Positions 15,001 through 28,099 of a DNA stretch of 64,000 nucleotides are shown in pieces. The notes below the pieces were generated by a model. It saw nothing but the letters and a program-made list of their open reading frames with translations. It searched no databases and was not told the DNA's origin. Source of the stretch: Eledone cirrhosa. Its lineage: Eukaryota. The stretch is taken from assembly GCA_964016885.1 (NCBI GenBank), contig OZ024741.1:412734001-412798000 (forward strand), in the 5' to 3' direction. The translations under genes were made by a program, and so were the position numbers. How positions within the stretch are numbered: position 1 is the stretch's first letter; each line of letters starts with the position of its first letter.

Positions 15001-18000
15001 CTCAAGGACACAGTGGACTTGAGTAACATGAAATAAAGTGTCTTGCACAAGGACACAGTGGACTGGTGCAGCATGATATAAAGTGTCTTGCTCAAGGACA
15101 GAGTGGACTGGGCTAACATGATGTAAAGTGTCTTGCTCCAGGACACAGTGGACTGGAGCAACAGGAAATGAACTGTCTTGCTAAAGGGCACAGTGGACTG
15201 GAGCAACATGAAGTAAACTGTCTTGCTCACGGACACAGTGGATTGGAGCAACATGAAGTAAAGTGTCTTGCTCAAGGAACACAGTGGACTGGAGCAACAT
15301 TAAGTAAAGTGTCTTGCACAAGGACACGGTGGACTGGAGCAACATGAAGTAAAGTGTCTTTCTCAAGGACACACTGGACTAGGGTATCTTGAAGTAAAGT
15401 GTCTTGCTCAAGAACACAGTGGACTGGAGTAGCATGAAATAAAGTGTCTTGCTCAAGGACACAGTGGACTGGAGCAACATGAAGTAGAGTGTCTTGCTGA
15501 AGGTCACAGTGGACTGGAGTAATGTGAAATAAATTCTCTTGCTTAAGGACACAGAGAATTGGAGCAACATGAAGTAAACTGTCTTGCTCAAGAACACAGT
15601 GGACTAGAGCAATGTGAACTAAAGTGTCTTACTCAAGGGCACGGAGAACTGGAACCACATAAAGTAAAGTGTCTTGCTGAAGGTTACAGTGGACTGGAAC
15701 AATGTAAAATAAAGTGTCTTGCTCAAGGACACAGTGGACTGGAGCAACATGAAGTAAAGTGTCTTGCTGAAGGACACAGTGCATTGGAGCAGCATGACAT
15801 AAAGTGTCTTGCTCAAGGACACAGTGGACAGGAGCAGCATGAAATAAAGTGTCTTGCTCAAGGACACAGTGCACTGGGCTAACATGATGTAAAGTGTCTT
15901 GCTCAAGGACACAGTGGACTGGAGCAACAGGAAATAAACTGTCTTGATCAAGGACACAGTGGAATGGAGCAACATGAAGTAAAGTGTCTTGGTCAAGGAC
16001 ACAGTGGACTGGAGCAACATGAAATAAAGTGTCTTGCTTAAGGACACAGTGGACTGGAGCAACATGAAATAAAGTGTCTTGCTTAAGGAGACAGTGGACT
16101 GGAGCAACATGAAATAAAGTGTCTTGCTCAAGGACACACTGCACTGGAGCAACATGAAATAGACTGTCTTGCTCAAGGACACAGTGGACTGGAGCCACAT
16201 GAAGTAAAGTGTCTTGCTCAAGGACAGAGTGGAATGGAGCAATATGAAGTAAAGTGTCTTGCACAAGGACACAGTGGACTGGAGCAACATGAAATAAAGT
16301 GTCTTGCTCAAGGACACAGTGGACTGGAGTAACATGAAATAAAGTGTCTAACTCAAGGACACAGTGGACTGGAGCAGCATGCAATAGAGTGTCTTGCTCA
16401 AGGGCACAGTGAACTGGAGCAACATGAAATAAAGTGTCTTGCTCAAGGACACAGTGGACTGGAGCAATGTGAAATAAAGTGTCTTGCTCAAGGACAACAT
16501 GAAATAAAGTGTCTTGCTCAATGGACTGGAGCAAAATGAAGTAAAGTGTCTTGCTCAAGGGCACGGAGAACTGGAGCCACATGAAGGAAAGTGTCTTGCT
16601 CAAGGACACAGTGGACTGGAGCAATGGCAAGTAAAGTGTCTTGCTCAAGGACACAGTGGACTGGAGCAACATGAAGTAAAGTGTCTTGCTCAAGGACACA
16701 GAGAACTGGAGCCAGATGAAGTAAAGTGTCTTGCTCCAGGTCACAATGGACTGGAGCAACATGAAGTAAAGTGTCTTGCTCAAGGACACAGTGGACTGGA
16801 GCAACATGAAATAAAGTGTCTGGCACAAGGACACAGAAAACTGGAGCAACATGAATTAAAGTGTCTTGCTGAAGGACACAGTGGACTGGAGCAACATGAA
16901 ATAAAGTGTCTTGCTGAAGGACACAGTGGACTGGAGCAGCATGAAATAAAGTGTCTTGGTGAAGGTCACAGTGGACTGGAGCAACATGAAATAAAGTGTC
17001 TGGCACAAGGACACAGAAAACTGGAGCAACATGTATTAAAGTGTCTTGCTGAAGGACACAGTGGACTGGAGCAACATGAAATAAAGTGTCTTGGTGAAGG
17101 TCACAGTGGACTGGAGCAACATGAATTAAAGTGTCTTGCTGAAGGACAGTGGACTGGATCAACATGAAATAAAGTGTCTTGCTCAATGACACAGTGGACT
17201 GGAGCAACATGAAGTAAACTGTCTTGCTCAAGGACACAGTGGACTGCAGCAATGTGAAGTAAGGTGTCTTGCTGAAGGTCACAGTGGTCTGGAGCAATGT
17301 GAAATAAAGTGTCTTACTCAAGGGCATGGATAACTGGAGCCACATGAAGTAAAGTGTCTTGTTGAAGGTCACAGTGGACTGGAGCAGCATGAAATAAGGT
17401 ATCTTGCTCAAGGACACAGTGGACTGGAGCAACATGAAGTAAAGTGACTTGCTGAAGGACACAGTGGATTGGAGCAGCATATAATAAAGTATCTTGCTAA
17501 AGGACACAGTGGACTAGAGCCACATGAAGTAAAGTGTCTTGCTCAAGGACACAGTGGACTGGAGCAATGTGAAATAAAGTGTCTTGCTCAAGGACAACAT
17601 GAAATAAAGTGTCTTGCTCAATGGACTGGAGCAAAATGAAGTAAAGTGTCTTGCTCAAGGGCACGGAGAACTGGAGCCACATGAAGGAAAGTGTCTTGCT
17701 CAAGGACACAGTGGACTGGAGCAATGGGAAGTAAAGTGTCTTGCTCAAGGACACAGTGGACTGGAGCAACATGAAGTAAAGTGTCTTGCTCAAGGACACA
17801 GAGAACTGGAGCCAGATGAAGTAAAGTGTCTTGCTCCAGGTCACAATGGACTGGAGCAACATGAAGTAAAGTGTCTTGCTCAAGGACAGTGGACTGGAGT
17901 AACATGAAGTAAAGTGTCTTGCTCAAGGACACAGTGGACTGGAGCAACATGAAATAAAGTGTCTGGCACAAGGACACAGAAAACTGGAGCAACATGAATT

Positions 18001-21000
18001 AAAGTGTCTTGCTGAAGGACACAGTGGACTAGAGCAACATGAAATAAAGTGTCTTGCTGAAGGACACAGTGGACTGGAGCAGCATGAAATAAAGTGTCTT
18101 GGTGAAGGTCACAGTGGACTGGAGCAACATGAAATAAAGTGTCTGGCACAAGGACACAGAAAACTGGAGCAACATGTATTAAAGTGTCTTGCTGAAGGAC
18201 ACAGTGGACTGGAGCAACATGAAATAAAGTGTCTTGGTGAAGGTCACAGTGGACTGGAGCAACATGAAATAAAGTGTCTGGCACAAGGACACAGAAAACT
18301 GGAGCAACATGAATTAAAGTGTCTTGCTGAAGGACAGTGGACTGGATCAACATGAAATAAAGTGTCTTGCTCAATGACACAGTGGACTGGAGCAACATGA
18401 AGTAAACTGTCTTGCTCAAGGACACAGTGCACTGGATCAGCATGCAATAGAGTGTCTTGCTGAAGGACACAGTGGACTGGAGCAACATGAAGTAAACTGT
18501 CTTGCTCAAGGACACAGTGGACTGCAGCAATGTGAAGTAAAGTGTCTTGCTGAAGGTCACAGTGGTCTGGAGCAATGTGAAATAAAGTGTCTTACTCAAG
18601 GGCATGGATAACTGGAGCCACATGAAGTAAAGTGTCTTGTTGAAGGTCACAGTGGACTGGAGCAGCATGAAATAAAGTATCTTGCTCAAGGACACAGTGG
18701 ACTGGAGCAACATGAAGTAAAGTGACTTGCTGAAGGACACAGTGGATTGGAGCAGCATATAATAAAATGTCTTGCTAAAGGACACAGTGGACTAGAGCCA
18801 CATGAAGTAAAGTGTCTTGCTCAAGGACACATTGGACTGGAGCAACATGAAGTAAATGTCTTGCTCAAGGACACAGTGGAATGGAGCAGCATGAAATGAA
18901 GTGTCTTGCTCAAGGACACAGTGGAATGGGCTAACATGATGTAAAGTGTCTTGCTCAAGAACACAGTGGACTGGAGCAACAGGAAATAAAGTGTCTTGCT
19001 CAAGGACACGCTGGACCGGAGCAACATGAAATAGAGAGTCTTGCTCAATGAACACAGTGGACTGGGGTAACATGAAATAAAGTGTCTTGCTCAAGGACAC
19101 AGTGGACTGGAGCAACATGAAGTAAAGTGTTTTGCGCAAGGACACAGTGGACTGGAGTAACATGAAATAGAATGTTTGCTCAAGGACACAGTGGACTGGA
19201 GCAACATGAAGTAAAGTGTCTTGCTCAAGGACACAGTGGACTGGAACACATGAAATAAAGTATCTTGCTCAAGGACACAATGGACTGGAGCAATGTGAAG
19301 TAAAGTGTCTTGCTCAAGGACACAGTGGACTGGGGCAACATGAAGTAAAGTGTCTTGCTCAAGGACACAGTGGACTGGAGCAATGTGAAGTAAAGTGTCT
19401 TGCTCAAGGACACAGTGGCCTGGATCAACATGAAATAAAGTGTATTGCTCAAGGACACAGTGGACTGGAGCAATGTTACGTAAAGTGTCTTGCTCAAGGA
19501 CACAGTGGACTGGAGCAATGTGACGTAAAGTGTCTTGCTCAAGGGCACAGTGGACTGGAGTAACATGAAGTAAAGTGTCTTGCTCAAGGACACAGTGGCC
19601 TGGAGCAACATGAAATAAAGTGTCTTGCTCAAGGACACAGTGGACTGGAGCAACATGAAATAAAGTGTCTTGCTCAAGGACACAGTGGCCTGGAGCAACA
19701 TGAAATAAAGTGTCTTGCTCAAGGACACAATGGACTGGAGCAATGTGAAGTAAAGTGTCTTGCTCAAGGACACAGTGGACTGGAGCAACATGAAGTAAAG
19801 TGTCTTGCTCAAGGACACAGTGGACTGGAGCAAGAAGTAAAGTGTCTTGCTCAAGGACACAGTGGACTGGAGCAATGTGAAGTAAAGTGTCTTGCTCAAG
19901 GACACAGTTGACTGGAGCAATGTGACGTAAAGTGTCTTGCTCAAGGGCACAGTGGACTGGAGTAACATGAAGTAAAGTGTCTTGCTCAAGGACACAGTGG
20001 CCTGGAGCAACATGAAATAAAGTGTCTTGCTCAAGGACACAGTGGACCGGAGCAACATGAAATAAAGTGTCTTGCTCAAGGACACAGTGGCCTGGAGCAA
20101 CATGAAATAAAGTGTCTTGCTCAAGGACACTGTGGACTGGAGCAATGTGACGTAAAGTGTCTTGCTCAAGGACACAGTGGACTGAAGTAACATGAAATAA
20201 TGTGTCTTGCTCAAGGACACAGTGGACTGGAGTAACATGAAATAAAGTGTCTGGCACAAGGACGCAGTGGACTGGGGTAACATGAAATAAAGTGTCTTGC
20301 TCAATGACACTGTGGACTGGAGCAACATGAAGTAAAGTGTCTTGCTCAAGGACACAGTGGACTGGGGTAATCTGAAGTAAAGTGTCTTGCTCACGGACAC
20401 AGCGGACTGGAGCAACATGAAGTAAAGTGTCTTGCTCAAGGACACAGTGGACTGGAGGAATGTGAAGTAAAATGTCTTGCTGAAGGTCATAGTGGACTGA
20501 GGTAACATGAAGTAAAGTGTCTTGCTCAAGGACACAGTGGCCTCGAGCAGTGTGAAGTAAAGTGTCTTGCTCAAGGACAGAGAGAACTGGAGCAACATGA
20601 AGTAAAGTGTCTTGCTCAAGGACTCAGTGGACTGGAGCAACATGAAGTAAAGTGGCTTGCTCAAGGACACAGTGCACTAGAGGAACATGAAATGAAATGT
20701 CTTGCTCAAGGACACAGTAGCCTGGAGCAGTGTGAAGTAAAGTGTCTTGCTCAAGGACACAGTGCACTGGAGGGACATGAAATGAAATATCTTGCTCAAG
20801 GACACAGTGGACTGGAGCAACATGAAGTAAAGCGTCTTGCTCAAGGACACAGTGGACTGGAGCAACATGAAGTAAAGTGTCTTGCTCAAGGACACAGTCG
20901 GCTGGAGCAGCATGAAATAAAGTCACTTGCACAAGAACACAGTGGACTGGAGCAATGTGAAGTAAAGTGTCATGCTCAAGGACACGGTGGACTGGGGGTA

Positions 21001-23130
21001 ATATGAAGTAAAGTGTCTTCCTGAAGGACACAGTGGACTGGAGCAGCATGAAATAAAGTGTCTTGCTCAAGGACACAGTGCACTGGAGAAATGTGAAGAA
21101 AAGTGTCTTGCTCAAGGACACAGTGGACTGGAGCAACATGAAGTAAATTTCTTGCTCAAGGACACAGTAGACTGGGGTAACATGAAGTAAAGTGTCTTGC
21201 TCGAGGACACTAGACTGGAGCAACATGAAATAAAGTGTCTTGCTCAAGGACACTGGACTGGAGCAGCATGAAATAAAGTGTCTTGCTCAAGGACACTGGA
21301 CTGGAGCAGCATGAAATAAAGTGTCTTGCTCAAGGACACTGGACTGGAGCAACATGAAATAAAGTGTCTTGCTTAAGGACACAGTGGACTGGAGCAACAT
21401 GAAATAAAGTGTCTTCGTGAAGGTCACAGTGGACTGGAGCAACATGAAATAAAGTGTTTGGCACAAGGACACAGAAAACTGGAGCAACATGAATTAAAGT
21501 GTCTTGCTGAAGGACAGTGGACTGGAGCAATATGAAATAAAGTGTCTTGCTCAATGACACAGTGGACTGGAGCAACATGAAGTAAAGTATCTTGCTCAAG
21601 GACACAGTCGACTGGAGCAACATGAAGTAAACTGTCTTGCTCAAGGACACAGTGCACTGGTCAGCATGCAATAGAGTGTCTTGCTGAAGGACACAGTGGA
21701 CTGGAGCAACATGAAGTAAACTGTCTTGCTCAAGGACACAGTGGACTGCAGCAATGTGAAGTAAAGTGTCTTACTGAAGGTCACAGTGGTCTGGAGCAAT
21801 GTGAAATAAAGTGTCTTACTCAAGGGCATGGAGAACTGGAGCCACATGAAGTAAAGTATCTTGTTGAAGGTCACAGTGGACTGGAGCAGCATGAAATAAA
21901 GTATCTTGCTCAAGGACACAGTGGACTGGAGCAACATGAAGTAAAGTGACTTGCTGAAGGACACAGTGGATTGGAGCAGCATGAAATAAAGTGTCTTGCT
22001 AAAGGACACAGTGGACTAGAGCCACATGAAGTAAAGTGTCTTGCTCAAGGACACATTGGACTGGAGCAACATGAAGTAAATGTCTTGCTCACGGACACAG
22101 TGGAATGGAGCAGCATGAAATAAAGTGTCTTGCTCAAGGACACAGTGGAGTGGGCTAACATGATGTAAAGTGTCTTGCTCAAGAACACAGTGGACTGGAG
22201 CAACAGGAAATAAAGTGTCTTGCTCAAGGACACGCTGGACCGGAGCAACATGAAATAGAGAGTCTTGCTCAACGAACACAGTGGACTAGGGTAACATGAA
22301 ATAAAGTGTCTTGCTCAAGGACACAGTGGACTGGAGCAACATGAAGTAAAGTGTCTTGCGCAAGGACACAGTGGACTGGAGTAACATGAAATAAAGTGTC
22401 TTGCTCAAGGACACAGTGGACTGGAGCAACAGGAAATAGAATGTTTGCTCAAGGACACAGTGGACTGGAGCAATATGAAATATAGTATCTTGCTCAAGGA
22501 CACAATGGACTGGAGCAATGTGAAGTAAAGTGTCTTGCTCAAGGACACAGTGGACTGGAGCAACATGAAGTAAAGTGTCTTGCTCAAGGACACAGTGGAC
22601 TGGAGCAAGAAGTAAAGTGTCTTGCTCAAGGACACAGTTGACTGGAGTAACATGAAATAAAGTGTCTTGCTCAAGGAAACAGTGGCCTGGAGCAACATGA
22701 AATAAAGTGTCTTGCTCAAGGACACTGTGCACTGGAGCAATGTGACGTAAAGTGTCTTGCTCAAGGACACAGTGGACTGAAGTAACATGAAATAATGTGT
22801 CTTGCTCAAGGACACAGTGGACTGGAGTAACATGAAATAAAGTGTCTGGCACAAGGACACAGTGGACTGGGGTAACATGAAGTAAAGTGTCTTGCTCACG
22901 TACACAGTGGACTGGAGCAACATGAAATAAAGTGTCTTGCTCAATGACACAGTGGACGGGAGCAACACGAAGTAAAGTTTCTTGCTCAAGGACACAGTGG
23001 ACTGGAGCAGCATGAAAGAAAGTGTCTTGCTCAAGGACACAGTGGACTGGAGCAATGTGAAATAAAGTGTCTTGCTCAAGGACACAGTGGACTGGAACAA
23101 TGTGAATAAAGTGTCTTGCTCAAGGACACA
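1..23130. repeat. 45-bp tandem satellite array (about 510 monomers, runs off the left edge), SINE-derived
   Basis: Continuous head-to-tail copies of consensus AAAGTGTCTTGCTCAAGGACACAGTGGACTGGAGCAACATGAA(G/A)T; 15-aa periodicity in the ORF track on both strands; occasional 43/44/46-bp variants. Confidence 0.98.
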
Positions 23131-23158
23131 ATGCACCATGGGAATCAAACTCACGACC
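23085..23158 (-). mobile_element. Remnant of tRNA-derived (CORE-type) SINE head forming the satellite boundary
   Basis: Minus strand reads GGTCGTGAGTTTGATTCCC (Pol III B-box-like, GTTCRANNC with C>T) ATGGTGCAT TGTGTCCTTGAGCAAGACACTTTATT; the latter resembles the MIR/CORE-SINE post-tRNA segment GTGACCTTGGGCAAGTYACTT. Confidence 0.75.
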
Positions 23159-23336
23159 AAAGTATAACTGAACTTGGATTTGTGGAAAAAGAGCACAGCT
23201 CTCTAATTTTTAGACTACAAATGATGTGTTTCAAGGGATGACAATTTCTTTTCTTTTACAACCTTGCCACCAGGAAGGAAGCCGCTTAAAAATGTACTCA
23301 AAATTAAGATAAAGAGAAAGATATATATATTTATAT

Positions 23337-23432
23337 ATAGGAACGTTCCTATTACCCACTCTACTCCCCTAAGTATTGAGTACTTTGGTGCGTTATGGTC
23401 CACCTGGTTCCTTACCACATTTCCTTCGTTAT
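23337..23432 (+). mobile_element. PLE pseudo-LTR 3' fragment with 5' micro-inversion
   Basis: Reverse-complement homolog of 54866-54953; begins with the perfect 16-bp palindrome ATAGGAACGTTCCTAT. Confidence 0.6.
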
Positions 23433-23454
23433 TTATATATATATATATAAATGT

Positions 23455-23936
23455 AATAGAATGAAACGAAATTTTATTTCTCACTCTTATTATGGCACTT
23501 ACTTAAATGCAAGTATGTATGTATACATACATATATATATGTATACAGACGTACAGTAGTATGTATATATATACATACATGCACACATTTATTATAATGC
23601 TCGGTTTGTTTGTTTGTAAACAAACAAACAGCCCGAATTACGCCGTACAGTGTTTAGACAACCACGTCACCTTTTTGTTCAACACTATCGTCAGCATCGT
23701 ATACCTTCCTGCGAGATGGTTGAACCTCTGAAAGTATATACTTTCCTTATGCATATTAACGGCTGAGCAGCCTAATTTGCATATCGAGTCAGTTCAGTCG
23801 GCCGGGCACACCGAAAACGATAAATGGAATAGAATGAAACGAAATTTCATTTCTCACTCTTAAGACGGCACTTACTTAAATGTAAGTATGTATGTATGTA
23901 TACGTACATACATATATGTATGCAGACGTACAGTAG

Positions 23937-23945
<9 letters not shown>
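23455..23945. repeat. Unclassified element with ~120-bp direct repeats 373 bp apart
   Basis: AATAGAATGAAACGAAATTT...CAGACGTACAGTAGTATG at 23455 and 23828. Confidence 0.6.
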
Positions 23946-24005
<60 letters not shown>

Positions 24006-24261
24006 AGGTTCACCACTGGGTAGAATTGGTCATGTGGCAACTCAGATATGACAAGGCAGAATGACAATAGGCTGCGACGATTGATTCAAGAACAAAAAGA
24101 CACTTTTTTCTTGTTTATTCTTTAAAGCCTCTTGAAATGTGTTTACCATCATTCCTTTGGTATACAACTGTTGTACAATATACACCTGAAGATATCACTG
24201 GGTTATTACACAGCCTAATTTAGGGAATTCAACCTGTCCGACCTCTTTTCATTTTACTTTA

Positions 24262-24325
<64 letters not shown>

Positions 24326-24557
24326 ATACAATAACAGAGATAGTTTAAAACTAAACTCTGACTGGTAACCATCTCACTCAACAAACATTAGGTTATATTT
24401 AAATATAAACCCAATTTTAGTGTTTGGGTGCTAACAATATGTATAATGTGGAAAACCCAGTTGTATTATTTTGTGAGATATAATTAAAGTTAAAGTATAT
24501 CTCTTTCCAAACAATTGTTTCTAATATACATATATATATATATGTATATATATGTAT

Positions 24558-25265
24558 ATTAGAAAGTGAGGTGTTTTTACAAAATGAAAAATAACCGAGG
24601 TGTCCTACACGAGTGAAAGTATAAAGAAAAAGAGATGAAATCGAAAATGTAACTGGAGTCTTATTTTTTTAAAAATATATATATTTATTTGGTTCCTTTA
24701 CCGGTTTCGCAGTTCTTCTGCTTTTCAAAAGCTGAGTTGAGATAGAGGGTCTGTGGTTTTTCTCACATCTGGTTGGTCTCAGAATGTTACTTGTTTTATA
24801 TGGAAAAAGTGGCTCGAAATGCCAGGTTTTTCGAGAAGTAATTTGATTGGTTGGTTAATAATTATAATAAATTTCGCGCCAGTTCGCGTTAGAAAGTTAT
24901 TCAAACAACGGGGGTGGGGGTGGGGGTGTCACAGGTTGTTTTTTCATATATTAGTGTTTGAATTTCTTTTTACTTAAAACAAAGGAGGCTCACGAAGGCT
25001 TTTTTTTTAATAAACGTAATTTAATTGGTTATGAATGAAATTATGGCTGTCACGTGAACAAGTTTTCATTAAATTTTCGCGCCCTTATTTGGAAATCCAT
25101 TCTGTAGCCTTTTTAGAGAATTTTATGATAAGTAAAAGATAATGGTCAAGAGAAATTGGATGGGAGAATTGTTCTGGTTCAGTGGATATGGTTAGTTCGC
25201 TGGGGTGTCAGAATTCAGATTTTCTATTGAATAAAGAAAGTAAAGATATGTATGTTTTATTTGTG
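24558..25265 (-). mobile_element. Solo pseudo-LTR of the PLE family at 39538-44255
   Basis: Collinear reverse-complement homology to about 43560-44255, including the hammerhead motif and terminus. Confidence 0.85.
24696..24731 (-). ncRNA. Minimal type I hammerhead ribozyme motif, U3-A8 variant
   Basis: CTT TTGAAAA GCAG aagaa CTGC GAAA C CG G TA AAG: stem I CTT/AAG, stem II GCAG/CTGC, palindromic stem III ACCGGT, GUA triplet. Confidence 0.7.
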
Positions 25266-25471
25266 TGCTTGTGTGTGTGTGTGTGTGTTGCGTGTGTGTG
25301 TGTTTGAATTTCTTTTTACTTAAAAAAAAGGGGCTCACGAAGGCTTTTTTTAAAGTAAAAAGAAATTCAAACACACACAACACACATTTGTAAGACTTCG
25401 CCAGGTGGGGCTATTAAGTTAGACATGGCCTGGGCCAATACTGGCCAAAACATTTCAAAGTTATTCAAAAT

Positions 25472-25503
<32 letters not shown>

Positions 25504-25580
25504 TGTATGTATGTATGTATGTATGTATCTATGTATGTATGTATGTATGTATGTATATATGTATGTATGTATGTATATTT

Positions 25581-26183
25581 GGTCAGGTCACCAGTTGGTG
25601 CTACTGGTAACATATTTCCCAGTCCAACCTGTCTCATGGTCGGGTCGTTGGCGACTAAACTGGCAACCCTACCAAGGTTTCTTGGTGAGGCGGGTGACTT
25701 TGGACATCCTGCAGGACTAAAAACAAAACCTGTCAAAGGGCAAAGGAGCTCTCAAGAGTCAATGGCCATCCAAAATCACCGGGAGAGATGACCCCTTAGC
25801 CTTTGTCAAGGCAGAATTCTAGGAGAAGGAAAACTCTGATGTAACACCTGCAACTCTGATGGTATCCAATGATGTTGACTTGTTCTTCTTTTTGGTAAAT
25901 ATCATCTTGGTTAAGAGAGTGGGACTGGCTTTGTGCAGTGCCTTTGCTCACTATAAAAGCTTCACAGCACAGGCATTGCTTGAGATCTCTCTGCACTTGT
26001 CGTCACATAGAACCATGGGCCCAGCACTATGTGTCAATAATTGTCACAAATGTAGTGTTTGTACCTACCAGAGTTTTCAAGTTGCTGGCTGGACTAAAAA
26101 TTCACACTCGTTCAGCGAATCGGTAGGCGTTCTCCTACATATAAAGTAGTGGCCGTACTCGAAAACGAGTTTGCAGCCACCAT
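25581..26183 (+). mobile_element. Non-autonomous bipartite RTE derivative (5'UTR joined to 3' end)
   Basis: Contains CTAGGAGAAGGAAAACTCTGA (motif I recognise from RTE 5'UTRs), a decayed C2H2 remnant (HKCSVC..FKLLAGLKIHTRS), and terminus TGGCCGTACTCGAAAACGAG..GCAGCCACCAT matching the 3' end of the RTE at 46410. Confidence 0.65.
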
Positions 26184-26188
26184 ATATG

Positions 26189-27026
<838 letters not shown>

Positions 27027-27045
27027 TGTATATATATATATATAT

Positions 27046-28037
27046 ATGCCCAAATTTCGAGGATTTTATTTAAACCTCGTTTGTTTTTCTAAAATAACAA
27101 TCTCACTGTTTAATTTTGGCAGAAAATTCTGATGTTTTATAACCTTCTCTTCCTCGATCTCGTTCATTTAATTTTGGCCGAAAATCCTAGGGTTTATAAA
27201 ATAGCCTCCTTGCACCTCCTAACCTTTACTACCCCCCTCCCTGCTCTCACCAAATATAAAATAAACCTGTTACGAGGTACGAATCTCAGAATTAGTCAAA
27301 TCTTATTAATGGTCACACTGTTCGTACTCCTGTGAAAAAATGTAATGTAGTATGCCATTTTCTTTCGTCCTCTCCATTTCCCGGTCCATCTCAATGCTAT
27401 TCTATAATTCTGTCAGGTTGTTCTAAATATTATTCGCTTATTACTGTCATATGCTATTCTATAATTCTGTCAGGTTGTACTAAATATTATTCGATTATTA
27501 CTGTTATATGCTTGTCCAATTATGCCCAAATTTCGAGGATTTTATTTAAACCTCGTTTGTTTTTCTAAAATAACAATCTCGCTGTTTAATTTTGGCCGAA
27601 AATTCTGATGTTTTCTAACCTTCTCTTCCTCAAACTCGTTCATTTAATTTTGGCCGAAAATCCTAGGTTTTATAAAATGGCCTCCTTGCCCCTCCTAATC
27701 TTTACTAACCCCCCCCCCCCATCCCTTCTCTCACCTAATATAAAATAAACCTGTTACGAGGTACAAATCTCAGAATTTGTCAAATCTTATTAATGGTCAC
27801 ACTGTTCGTTCTTCTCTGAAAAAATGTAATGTAGAATGCCATTTTCTTTCGTTCTCTCCATTTCCCGGTCCATCTCAATGCTATTCTATAATTCTGTCAG
27901 GTTGTTCTAAATATTATTCGCTTATTACTGTTATATGCTATTCTATAATTCTGTCAGGTTCTACTAAATATTATTCGATTATTACTGTTATATGCTTGTC
28001 CAATTATGCCCAAATTTCGAGGATTTTATTTAAACCT
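27046..28037. repeat. Tandem repeat, two ~480-bp units plus the start of a third, each unit with an internal ~60-bp duplication
   Basis: ATGCCCAAATTTCGAGGATTTTATTTAAACCT at 27046, 27522 and 28006 (periods 476 and 484). Confidence 0.9.
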
Positions 28038-28099
28038 TCTCGCTAAGTACTCCATACCCCTCTCACCCGCCCCCATTCACCACCATTATTATTATTTCG

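Noticed and set aside
1-23130. CRISPR array, suggested by the palindromic repeat
   Set aside because: No unique spacers (the whole 45 bp repeats), no cas genes, eukaryotic context.
23140-23158. Functional tRNA gene
   Set aside because: Only a B-box-like segment; no A-box or cloverleaf visible.
218-23196. Cys/His-rich repeat protein (HEVKCLAQGHSGLEQ)n or the minus-strand repeat ORFs
   Set aside because: A 45-bp stop-poor unit yields ORFs in several frames on both strands; frequent stops and 1-2 bp indels show no frame preservation.
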